Of a DNA stretch of 13,351 bases, positions 1 to 7,213 are shown piece by piece; the stretch's first letter is position 1; every line of letters begins with the position of its first letter. The stretch is from assembly GCA_016840465.1 (NCBI GenBank), contig JAEOSH010000054.1, positions 1-13,351 on the forward strand, read 5' to 3'. The position numbers were made by a program, and so were the translations under genes. This DNA is from Candidatus Baldrarchaeum yapensis (GTDB lineage: Archaea; Asgardarchaeota; Baldrarchaeia; Baldrarchaeales; Baldrarchaeaceae). The notes below the pieces were generated by a model. It ran no database searches. It was not told the origin of the DNA and saw nothing but the letters and a program-made list of their open reading frames with translations.

Positions 1-865
1 TTATCCCCGCAGGCGCCTTCTCCGGAAGTGTTCTTATGAAGTTTACAAAGTCCTTGTCCGGCATGGCTGCTCTTAGGTAAGGACCGTCGGTTCCGAAAAG
101 TATCCTATCCGGGCCAAATGCGTCAATTGCCTCCCTTAGCACTTGGCAGAAGAAGGTGGGATTGTTTCTCGCGGTGAGTTGCCAGCCCGAGAAATCGGCT
201 ACTAGGTTCGTCTTCGTTGATCCCATGTGGAACAGTTCATACCTCCAGCCGAAGCTGAGATGCGCGACTTGGATCGTCAGGTCGTGAAAGTCTATGAGAA
301 GGTCGTCTATGTAGATGGGGTCGCAGTACTTGCTCCTCAGGGGTTGGACCACCTGCCCCGTATGGAAGAGTACCGGCACTCTCAACTCTCGGGCTTTTTC
401 CAGCATCCTATACACTTCTTTCGAGTTGGGGTAAAAGCCTGCTCCCGGATGGAGTTTGAGACCGCGCATACCCCATTCCTTTACTGCCGTTTCGAAGAGG
501 TCCACCGCACTGGGACGTCTAGGATCTATGGTGAAGAGTGCAACTATCCTATCCGGGTGTTTGTCTTGGAGTTTTGCAATCCTCCTGTTCTGCTCCTCTA
601 TTGAGACCCTAGGCTCGCCAAGCGCAAGTCCGAAGTCCACTGCAAACACTATACTTACGTCTATCCCCGCCCTATCCATCTCCTTTAGAAGTTTATCCCC
701 ATTCGGATCGTAGAACTGAGGAAAGATCATCCTCTTGACGTCATCTTTCGTAACCTTTGTTCCGAGTCTTTGAAGTTCGTGCACATAAATTTCAGCAAGT
801 GCATCCCACCAGAGATCTGGCAACCAGTCTTTGTCTAAGATGTGGGTGTGCGCATCCACTATCAT
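1..865 (-). CDS. Amidohydrolase family protein (Amidohydro_2/COG2159-like), 3' end runs off the window; not in the ORF track
   Basis: Manual translation from ATG 865, open for 288 codons to base 2: MIVDAHTHILDKDW...EMDRAGID...GLKLHPGAGFYP...VLFHTG...VAHLSFG...GPDRILFGTDGPY. It has the DxHxH, KxHP, HTG, AH and FGTD metal-ligand motifs of the TIM-barrel amidohydrolases. GGTGG lies just upstream of the ATG. Confidence 0.93.
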   Translation of the reverse strand, partial: MIVDAHTHILDKDWLPDLWWDALAEIYVHELQRLGTKVTKDDVKRMIFPQFYDPNGDKLLKEMDRAGIDVSIVFAVDFGLALGEPRVSIEEQNRRIAKLQDKHPDRIVALFTIDPRRPSAVDLFETAVKEWGMRGLKLHPGAGFYPNSKEVYRMLEKARELRVPVLFHTGQVVQPLRSKYCDPIYIDDLLIDFHDLTIQVAHLSFGWRYELFHMGSTKTNLVADFSGWQLTARNNPTFFCQVLREAIDAFGPDRILFGTDGPYLRAAMPDKDFVNFIRTLPEKAPAGI

Positions 866-1116
866 CTGTAACCACCATTATTTCTTTTGCACTATCAGAA
901 ATAAAAAGCAGTACTATGAACAGCATTCGCGCATTTTTGGTCATTCTACTTCTTTTCCTCAACTTGGGCGCCCAATTTTTCTTATATAACGTTGCTCTCA
1001 GCACTACTGGCAAAAAGGTTCATTCGATGATGAACTCTCCTCTCCCTCTTAGTAAAAGTTATAGTTAAGATAAGAACCTGTAAACATAGGCATACAGTAT
1101 TTAACAGAAATTATGT

Positions 1117-1353
1117 ATGGATTGGTGCATCGCGTTGAAGAACGGAAGAGAAGTTCCGGACTATATTAAGGAGGAGCCCTGGGAAAAGGCATCGATTCCG
1201 GAAGTTAAGGAGTGGATGGAAAGAATAGGGTCGCCGCCCGAGAATAATGACGTTATGCATCACTGGGGTTCTAGGATCGAGGAACTGACGGTCGTCACCT
1301 CAAATGGAGTGCCACGGGAAGGTCACCGAGCAGGAGATAATAGGGTGGTGTAA
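1117..1353 (+). CDS. Small hypothetical ORF (78 aa), possibly part of a decayed gene
   Basis: ATG-started ORF with protein-like, purine-rich codon usage, upstream of and co-oriented with the second amidohydrolase. No family recognised. Confidence 0.4.
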   Translation: MDWCIALKNGREVPDYIKEEPWEKASIPEVKEWMERIGSPPENNDVMHHWGSRIEELTVVTSNGVPREGHRAGDNRVV

Positions 1354-1405
1354 GGAGTGCCTCGCTGGGAATATCTCCGTAGGGTCTTACGTCAGAAGGA
1401 AATAG
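1304..1405 (+). pseudogene. Possible remnant of the C-terminal domain of an AMP-dependent acyl-CoA ligase
   Basis: A different frame from the 78-aa ORF reads MECHGKVTEQEIIGWCKECLAGNISVGSYVRRK*. GKVTEQEIIGWCKECLAG resembles the recalled 'GKVTEEEIIxWCKERLAxYK' segment of FadD-type ligases. Confidence 0.4.
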
Positions 1406-1430
1406 AAAAGACGAAAAGGGAGGGTAAAAT

Positions 1431-2390
1431 ATGATAGTAGATTTTCACATCCACCCCCTCGTGAACGTTAATAGGATAGTTAGCGAGATGGATAAGGCGG
1501 GTGTGAGTCGAGGGGTCATTCTTGCGACGGATCTTGTGGACTCCGTTCTGCACAACAAGAAGATAATGTCGAAGATGGAGGAGAGATTTTATTCCTCGCT
1601 CACGCTTCTCTGCACTCCCGGGATATGGCAAGCGATATTTGGGCGCGGTCTTTCCATATTTGAGTTCTCGGTGAGAAAAGTCTTTGAGAAGTTCTTTAAC
1701 GACCTCAGACTAGCGTATCCGGAGGCGCGCATAACAAACCGGGAAGTCTGGGAGATAGTGCGGCAACATCCTGACAGGTTCATAGGGTTTGGCTCTGTCA
1801 ATGTAAACAGGAGCGCGAGAGAGATAGAGAGGGAGCTCCAAGAGATAAAGAAGTACGGTTTCAAGGGGATAAAGATGTTGCCGACCCTTCAGTTCTTTAA
1901 CCCCATAGAAAACAAGAACTTCAGGAAGGTGTGCGAATTCTGCGAAAGGGAGAAGAAAATACTGCTGTACCATACGGGGTGTGACCCCGGGCCGTTCGAG
2001 ATACCTGAACTTTCGGAGGACGCGAACCCCTGTCACCTAGAGCCTATCCTCGATGAGTACGAGTTCCCCATAGTGCTGGCACATATGGGATCCTACAGCA
2101 TGATCTCACCGGGAATATGGTTCTATGAGGCTCTCCGCCTCATGAAGAAGTACGACTACGTCTACGCGGACATCTCGGCGGTAACAGGGTTCCTACTCCA
2201 AGAGAGGATCATTAAGAGGATAAGGGAGGCCATCGGTATGGAAAGGGTTCTATTCGGCTCGGACTTCCCGGTAGTATTTGCATCAACCATCTCCTCGGAA
2301 GTCGAGATGGTGAGGAGGAACCCGTACCTCACCGAGGAGGAGAAGGAGCAAATCCTCGGACTCAACGCGAAGGAACTACTGAGGCTATAA
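1431..2390 (+). CDS. Amidohydrolase family protein (Amidohydro_2/COG2159-like), 319 aa
   Basis: DFHIH, EMDKAGV, HPDRFIGFGSV, GIKMLP, YHTG, AHMG, YADIS and RVLFGSDFP motifs; SD-like GGGAGGG upstream. Confidence 0.93.
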   Translation: MIVDFHIHPLVNVNRIVSEMDKAGVSRGVILATDLVDSVLHNKKIMSKMEERFYSSLTLLCTPGIWQAIFGRGLSIFEFSVRKVFEKFFNDLRLAYPEARITNREVWEIVRQHPDRFIGFGSVNVNRSAREIERELQEIKKYGFKGIKMLPTLQFFNPIENKNFRKVCEFCEREKKILLYHTGCDPGPFEIPELSEDANPCHLEPILDEYEFPIVLAHMGSYSMISPGIWFYEALRLMKKYDYVYADISAVTGFLLQERIIKRIREAIGMERVLFGSDFPVVFASTISSEVEMVRRNPYLTEEEKEQILGLNAKELLRL

Positions 2391-2391
2391 A

Positions 2392-2817
2392 TCATTCCAT
2401 TAATTTTGCCTTGAACTCGTCCAAACTCATAAGTTTGAGTCCGTATCCCGTTAACCTCTTAAAGTGGGAGATGTTCGCTGATACCAGCGGCAGATCATTG
2501 ACTATCGCCGTGGCGCCTATTGCCAGATCCTCGAATTCCAACTGTATTCCCCGTCGCGTGAGCTCCACATCTATCTCTATCATTCTGCTGAGAATCTCCT
2601 GATCCAGCGGAATTATCGATACCACCCTTTCGAGGCCCCTCTTCGTGTCCTCCAGCTTCCTGCCGATGTATACTTCCCCGAAGAGAAACTCGTACAGCGT
2701 GATGAACGATACGTAAATGTGGTACCTCTCCAAGGCCTTAAGAAAAATCTCGCGATTCCTCTTCCTGTGCAGGTCTATCAGGGCATCCGTGTCCAGCATT
2801 ATTCTCTCCTTCGCCAC
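2392..2817 (-). CDS. vapC: PIN-domain VapC toxin (ribonuclease); start is either GTG 2817 or ATG 2799
   Basis: LDTD(9-11), YE(43), ED(97)LAIGATA and SAN(115)xxHF match the PIN active-site pattern. ATG 2799 overlaps the antitoxin stop (TAATG). Confidence 0.9.
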   Translation of the reverse strand: MAKERIMLDTDALIDLHRKRNREIFLKALERYHIYVSFITLYEFLFGEVYIGRKLEDTKRGLERVVSIIPLDQEILSRMIEIDVELTRRGIQLEFEDLAIGATAIVNDLPLVSANISHFKRLTGYGLKLMSLDEFKAKLME

Positions 2818-3026
2818 CAGCTCCGCCTCCTCTCTTCCAACAACTTCAGAATCTTATCCGCCTCCTCGTCATCCATCTCAAGAACACTCAGAGCCTCCTC
2901 TATCTCCGCCCTCCGAAAGTTATCTATTAACACCTTCAGTACATCATCGTACGCCCGTACCCTGAGCCTCCGCTTCAGCTCCTTCAATTGCGCCAAGGTT
3001 TCCGGAGAGACCGCAATTGTCTTCAA
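2799..3026 (-). CDS. vapB: VapB-type antitoxin (ribbon-helix-helix-like N-terminus), about 75 aa
   Basis: MKTIAVSPETLAQLKELKRRL...YDDVLKVLI resembles archaeal antitoxins. It lies directly upstream of and overlaps vapC. TTG 3026 is preferred over GTG 3035 because GAGGTG sits 6 nt before it. Confidence 0.8.
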   Translation of the reverse strand: MKTIAVSPETLAQLKELKRRLRVRAYDDVLKVLIDNFRRAEIEEALSVLEMDDEEADKILKLLEERRRSWWRRRE

Positions 3027-3042
3027 GTTTACCACCTCATCG

Positions 3043-3052
3043 TATAATTATA
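3043..3052. promoter_or_regulatory. Perfect palindrome TATAATTATA, candidate VapBC operator
   Basis: 10-bp palindrome just upstream of vapB. TA complexes commonly autorepress through such sites. Its AT-only composition weakens the call. Confidence 0.35.
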
Positions 3053-3073
3053 ATCTCACGCCATAGTTACAGG

Positions 3074-3085
3074 TTATAATTTTTT
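3074..3085 (-). promoter_or_regulatory. Candidate BRE/TATA for vapBC
   Basis: The minus strand reads AAAAAA-TTATAA about 48 nt upstream of the vapB TTG. Confidence 0.4.
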
Positions 3086-3136
3086 GAGTTGTTATAAAAT
3101 TGCTCGTTCATAGTAGCTACATCCACATCTGTAAAC

Positions 3137-3144
3137 TTTAAATA
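3137..3144 (+). promoter_or_regulatory. TATA box (TTTAAATA) of the ArsR-like operon
   Basis: Canonical archaeal TATA about 64 nt upstream of ATG 3208; SD GGAGGA at 3195-3200. Confidence 0.6.
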
Positions 3145-3175
3145 CAGAAATGTGATGTAAAACTTCAGAAATGTG
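3145..3175 (+). repeat. Direct repeat CAGAAATGTG x2 (3145-3154, 3166-3175), candidate operator
   Basis: Perfect 10-bp repeat with a 21-bp period immediately downstream of the TATA box. A degenerate inverted copy lies at 3121-3131. Confidence 0.6.
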
Positions 3176-3207
3176 GATAACATATTCATCATCCGGAGGA
3201 GAAACAT

Positions 3208-3756
3208 ATGGCTGACGAACTCCGCCGACGCATTTCCATTTTAGAGAAACGCCTCAAGGAGCTAGAGAAGTTCTTTCTCAAACTCGGAATATACGGACCC
3301 ACCGAAATCGGCCGCCGCATTCTTCGAGAACCCACCTCTGAAGCCCGTGATAGGCCCGTTAAAATAAGGATCGTCGAGGACGTGAAGGAGGCCGTCAGGG
3401 AGAAAATGCTGGAGTTCATGGGCATCCCCGAGGAACACCGCAAGGTCATAGAGTCGATGGATCCAGAGGTCGTGGAAAAGGATCTCAAGGCCCTCGCAAG
3501 CAGAGAAAGGCTGGAGATCCTAAAACTGTTGGCAAACGGCGGACTCTACTTCGGTGAGTTGATGGAACTCACGGGGCTTAACCCCTCACCGCTGAGCTTC
3601 CACCTTTCCAAACTGGCGGAGGCGGGCTTCATAAAGCAGGAGAGGAGCCGCGGGAGGTACATCATCACCTCTAAGGGGATGATCGCCCTCGCGCTCCTTG
3701 CCTTCCTCTATAAAACCTCACCGGAGGAGGTGGGAACTCAAGATGTCGAGCAATAG
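3208..3756 (+). CDS. ArsR-like winged-helix transcriptional regulator with an N-terminal coiled coil, 182 aa
   Basis: C-terminal LKALASRERLEILKLL...FGELMELTGLNPSPLSFHLSKLAEAGFI...RGRYIITSKG is a typical ArsR/HTH_20 pattern. The N-terminus (LRRRISILEKRLKELE) has a heptad pattern. Strong SD. Confidence 0.88.
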   Translation: MADELRRRISILEKRLKELEKFFLKLGIYGPTEIGRRILREPTSEARDRPVKIRIVEDVKEAVREKMLEFMGIPEEHRKVIESMDPEVVEKDLKALASRERLEILKLLANGGLYFGELMELTGLNPSPLSFHLSKLAEAGFIKQERSRGRYIITSKGMIALALLAFLYKTSPEEVGTQDVEQ

Positions 3757-5011
3757 TCTTCCCGTCGCAACAGTATTTGTCTCCCTCCCGTTACTGCTCA
3801 CCACCTACGTCTTCTTAGTAATGTTCGCGCTGGCGCTCGCAACGATAATCATTCTGCTAATAATCCTCTCCCGTGAAGGCCATGCACCCATGGAAGAGGA
3901 ATCATATGAATGGACCCAGGAAGGAGAGGAAGTGCCCGTGCACGCAAAATATGAGGATGAAGGAATCTCCAATCGTGAGGAGTATGACTCGAAAGTATTT
4001 GTACTGACAAGGAGATGTTTGATAGAAAGCGGAAGAGCAAAAGTTCGCATAGAGCCCCTTTCGTTAATTCTAGAACTTCGCAGAAATGGACAGTCAGAGG
4101 GACTGGGGTTCGTCGGTAAGGGCACACTGACCATAGAGACCCCGATCCGCAGCATAACGGAGGAGTTCAGTGGAGCGGGGGTCGTACTTGCAGACCTCTC
4201 GCTCAGAGATGTCAAGAGCCAGGGAAATGTGTTAATACCGGCAACAAGGGCCCATCTTCTCACGTGGAACTTCAACTCCCCCGCTGACGTTTCTTCAGTA
4301 ATCGAAGATTTGTGGAGGAGGGCCCGCAAGAGGGAGATACCCACCTCTGAGACAGAGACCGGAGCTATACGTCTCCCCGGAATCTACATAGAAGGGGGAC
4401 CTCTGAAGAGCGTGTTAAGGCTCCCGTTCGTGCATATAGTCAGTGAGCCTACACGGAAGTACGTTAAGGTGGGGCCGCTTGAAATAAGGAAGACCCCGGG
4501 GCGGTCGGAGATAAGGCTCGGTGGAATGGTGTTTACATCTGAAAGCGGGGAGGAAGAGAACCCCACATGCATTCTGATAAGAAGGGGCGACGGGAAGATC
4601 ATATGGATAGAGAGGGTGGAGGACTCGCTGGTCTACGTGAAAGACGGATTCACGCTGGTCATTGAGGGTGAGAAAATTAAAATCAGTAGCGGTGACGTGC
4701 AGGCCGAAGTGAATACCGACTGGAAGAACATCAAAACGAAAGATCTCAGCATCATCGTAAGAAAGGGAAGAAGAGCGGTGTTGAGAGGTGAAAAGGTCTA
4801 TGTGAGAGTTAATGCACAGACAGGTATCGTCGTCTATAGAGAGGGCGGTGGAGGATTCCACATTCTCAGAGATCAGGACTTTTCAAAAACGTTGCTCGCG
4901 GAGATAGACAGCTTATCGGATGAACTCATAGAAATAATAATTAGCGGCGGAGAGCTCGGTGACGTTGGCGATATGATACGGTCAATATTTAGGAAGATGA
5001 AGCCCGACTGA
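3743..5011 (+). CDS. Uncharacterised membrane-anchored, beta-rich repeat protein, 422 aa
   Basis: ATG 3743 with GGAGGTG about 10 nt upstream overlaps the regulator stop by 14 nt. About 35 hydrophobic N-terminal residues, an acidic linker, then long alternating beta-type patterns and a helical C-terminus. Confidence 0.85.
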   Translation: MSSNSLPVATVFVSLPLLLTTYVFLVMFALALATIIILLIILSREGHAPMEEESYEWTQEGEEVPVHAKYEDEGISNREEYDSKVFVLTRRCLIESGRAKVRIEPLSLILELRRNGQSEGLGFVGKGTLTIETPIRSITEEFSGAGVVLADLSLRDVKSQGNVLIPATRAHLLTWNFNSPADVSSVIEDLWRRARKREIPTSETETGAIRLPGIYIEGGPLKSVLRLPFVHIVSEPTRKYVKVGPLEIRKTPGRSEIRLGGMVFTSESGEEENPTCILIRRGDGKIIWIERVEDSLVYVKDGFTLVIEGEKIKISSGDVQAEVNTDWKNIKTKDLSIIVRKGRRAVLRGEKVYVRVNAQTGIVVYREGGGGFHILRDQDFSKTLLAEIDSLSDELIEIIISGGELGDVGDMIRSIFRKMKPD

Positions 5012-5033
5012 TGCGGTTGGGAAGGGAGAAAAG

Positions 5034-5762
5034 GTGAGCGGATGGATCTTTCCGAAGGACAAATGGATGCGATGGTATGCAAAAATAATTTCTTCCTTGA
5101 ACCTGAACTTCTCGGCGGATCAAGAGGCCACCGACCTGCTGAGCCGCATCCTGACAACCATGGAAGGGGCAATGACATTCGATGAGCTGAAGAACGTGAT
5201 GAGCGGATTACGAGGCGTAGTTGTCGTTGGTGCGGGGCCTTCATTGGAAAAATCGGATCAAAAAATCAGGGAGTTGAAGTTAAAGGGATGGGGAGTGTTC
5301 TCGGCGGATGGGGCGACAACATTCCTTCTGGAACATAACATAACCCCCGACATCGTGGTGACGGATCTGGATGGGAGAATCCGCGATCTCCTATCCGCAA
5401 ACGAGCGGGGTTCTATCGCGGTGATACATGCTCACGGTGATAACATTCCAGCTATCAAGGAATTCGTGAAAAAGTTCAAAGGAAGAATCATGGGATCGAC
5501 GCAGGTGGAACCCCGTCCATTGGTTTACAACTTTGGCGGGTTTACCGACGGGGATAGATGTGTCTTCTTGGCGTATGCTCTAGGGTATAGACGGATAGCC
5601 CTCGCGGGCATGGACTTCGGCAACGTGGTCGGAAGATACTCGAAGCCGTGGCTCTCCTCCAACATTCCCGCTAACGCTGTAAAGAGAAAGAAAATGGATA
5701 TTGCGCGCGACCTGATAGAGTGGTTGGCAAAAAGCGAAGGTCTGGAGATACTAACGGTCTAG
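5034..5762 (+). CDS. mptE: 6-hydroxymethyl-7,8-dihydropterin pyrophosphokinase (archaeal MptE, COG1634)
   Basis: VVVGAGPSL, ADGA, PDIVVTDLDG, HAHGDNI, GSTQVEP, NFGGFTDGDR, LAGMDFG and GRYSKP motifs in the expected order. Confidence 0.9.
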   Translation: MSGWIFPKDKWMRWYAKIISSLNLNFSADQEATDLLSRILTTMEGAMTFDELKNVMSGLRGVVVVGAGPSLEKSDQKIRELKLKGWGVFSADGATTFLLEHNITPDIVVTDLDGRIRDLLSANERGSIAVIHAHGDNIPAIKEFVKKFKGRIMGSTQVEPRPLVYNFGGFTDGDRCVFLAYALGYRRIALAGMDFGNVVGRYSKPWLSSNIPANAVKRKKMDIARDLIEWLAKSEGLEILTV

Positions 5763-6064
5763 CGTTCTCTTTCTATCTCTATACCCGCGATTCTCGCAAG
5801 AAGACGAACGTTGTGCAACAGTTCTCCATGACTGTAATGCCCCATCGGTGTCTGTATCATTATCAGATCACCGCCACCGGTTCTGCGGTCTAAGAATACG
5901 AAGATCACGGCCGCTGGCTTCGCGATGCTTGTCGCAACTAGAACATCGCTCCTCGGAAGAACCGTATAAAAATGCTTTTGGTCGAGTTTATCCCGTACCT
6001 CGTATAGGTTCCGCGACTCGCTGTACCTCCATTTGAGTACCACCACATGCTTCAGTGGAAACAT
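5759..6064 (-). CDS. Hypothetical alpha/beta protein, 101 aa
   Basis: ATG with GGTGA just upstream, 17 nt after the stop of the 291-aa gene. It fills the gap exactly and its stop overlaps the mptE stop (CTAG). Confidence 0.7.
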   Translation of the reverse strand: MFPLKHVVVLKWRYSESRNLYEVRDKLDQKHFYTVLPRSDVLVATSIAKPAAVIFVFLDRRTGGGDLIMIQTPMGHYSHGELLHNVRLLARIAGIEIERER

Positions 6065-6081
6065 GAAGTTTCACCGAGGCT

Positions 6082-6957
6082 TCAGGACTGCTCGAGTATC
6101 TCCGAGATCTTCTTACCTATTTCGAGTATCTCGGCGTACCTCCGCGCCTCCTTACCCCTCCAAGTACTCCATGCCCACACGGCAATTAGTCCCACGAAGA
6201 GAATCGCCATCTCATATAGGGCCGCGTGTGTATAACTCATCCCCCAGTACTCTATCGAAAAGTGAAGGATCGCCGCCACGATCGATATCAGAAGGGCCAG
6301 CAACAGCCTCTTGTTGCTTTCCTCCAGTCCCATTGGTTTAAAGACATCCATGAATACCGTTGAGAGGAGACCCTGACTCTGATAGTACAGCTTTATCAGA
6401 TCATCCCGGATCTGACGGACCGCCTCCGCACTTCTCCTCGAAATTCTTGAATAAATATCCTTCTGCAACTCGAGAAACTCCCTTGTCTTGGTCGCAATCA
6501 CGTCGAGTTTCGATAATCTTGCGACCGTCGGCAACAATAGGACGACGCTCGCAACTATGAGTATTGTCGACGCCCCTAGCATGATGCTCTGGAGCGCCTT
6601 GGGCTCCACACCTAAAATTTCCGCGCGGGATCCGAGCGTGAGCATCGTTCCATTCGCGAAAAGTATAAATATCGCCGTTCCCCTGAACGATGCCTTCTCC
6701 CATCCCATGAAGACATTAGTGAAGACTATCAATGTGGAAAAGGCCAGCATCGCTATTAATGCATAATCGAGTATCACCGGGGGCCCAGCAACCTGTAGCC
6801 AGCCTGCAGAGTTCATGAGAACGAACGCAAGAACAGCATACGAGATCCCTAGAACGAAGTCCTGCATCCTGCAGATCCATTGAATTCCCTTCAGCACGCT
6901 CTCACCAAAGGTCCTTGCAACTTCCCCGACTCCCGGAGCCTTTTTACCACTCTTCAT
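6082..6957 (-). CDS. Hypothetical polytopic membrane protein, 291 aa, about 6 TM segments
   Basis: ATG with strong AGGAGG SD. About four hydrophobic segments, a roughly 70-aa charged helical insert, then two more hydrophobic segments. Confidence 0.82.
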   Translation of the reverse strand: MKSGKKAPGVGEVARTFGESVLKGIQWICRMQDFVLGISYAVLAFVLMNSAGWLQVAGPPVILDYALIAMLAFSTLIVFTNVFMGWEKASFRGTAIFILFANGTMLTLGSRAEILGVEPKALQSIMLGASTILIVASVVLLLPTVARLSKLDVIATKTREFLELQKDIYSRISRRSAEAVRQIRDDLIKLYYQSQGLLSTVFMDVFKPMGLEESNKRLLLALLISIVAAILHFSIEYWGMSYTHAALYEMAILFVGLIAVWAWSTWRGKEARRYAEILEIGKKISEILEQS

Positions 6958-7194
6958 TTGAACTCCTCCTCACACACTCCTCCTATAGTTTCTCCCGTTG
7001 TTACTAAAAAAGCTTAAGGTCAGAGATGAAAAGTGCCTGACTATTACTAGGTTATGCACGGTCATATCACTACTTCTAATTCATCCTAATCGGGCTAAAG
7101 GTCCAGCGTGCAAGATCACTGTCATTAGTGCTTTTAGCATACGGATTCTCAAGTAATCAGTGAATTAGCACCTTGCCAGTCGAATATGCCTTGA

Positions 7195-7209
7195 AAAGAA
7201 GGAAATAAG
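7195..7209 (-). terminator. Possible pyrimidine-rich archaeal terminator
   Basis: The minus strand reads TTATTTCCTTCTTTT a few nt after the stop of the acidic protein gene. Confidence 0.4.
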
Positions 7210-7213
7210 GTTC

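Noticed and set aside
227-1068. Track ORFs 227..604, 456..713, 757..1068 and 792..1013
   Set aside because: They are shadow or alternate frames of the real minus-strand amidohydrolase (1..865) and its upstream region, with no family motifs.
1027-1081. Perfect C box (ATGATGA, 1027-1033) suggesting a C/D sRNA
   Set aside because: No CTGA D box at the expected distance (only CTGT) and no D'/C' pair.
3698-3742. Track start 3698 for the membrane-anchored protein
   Set aside because: ATG 3743 has a strong SD and directly begins the hydrophobic anchor; the extra 15 codons lie inside the regulator gene.
7020-7087. Possible C/D sRNA on the minus strand (AGGATGA ... CTGA)
   Set aside because: Non-canonical C box, no convincing internal boxes and no terminal stem.
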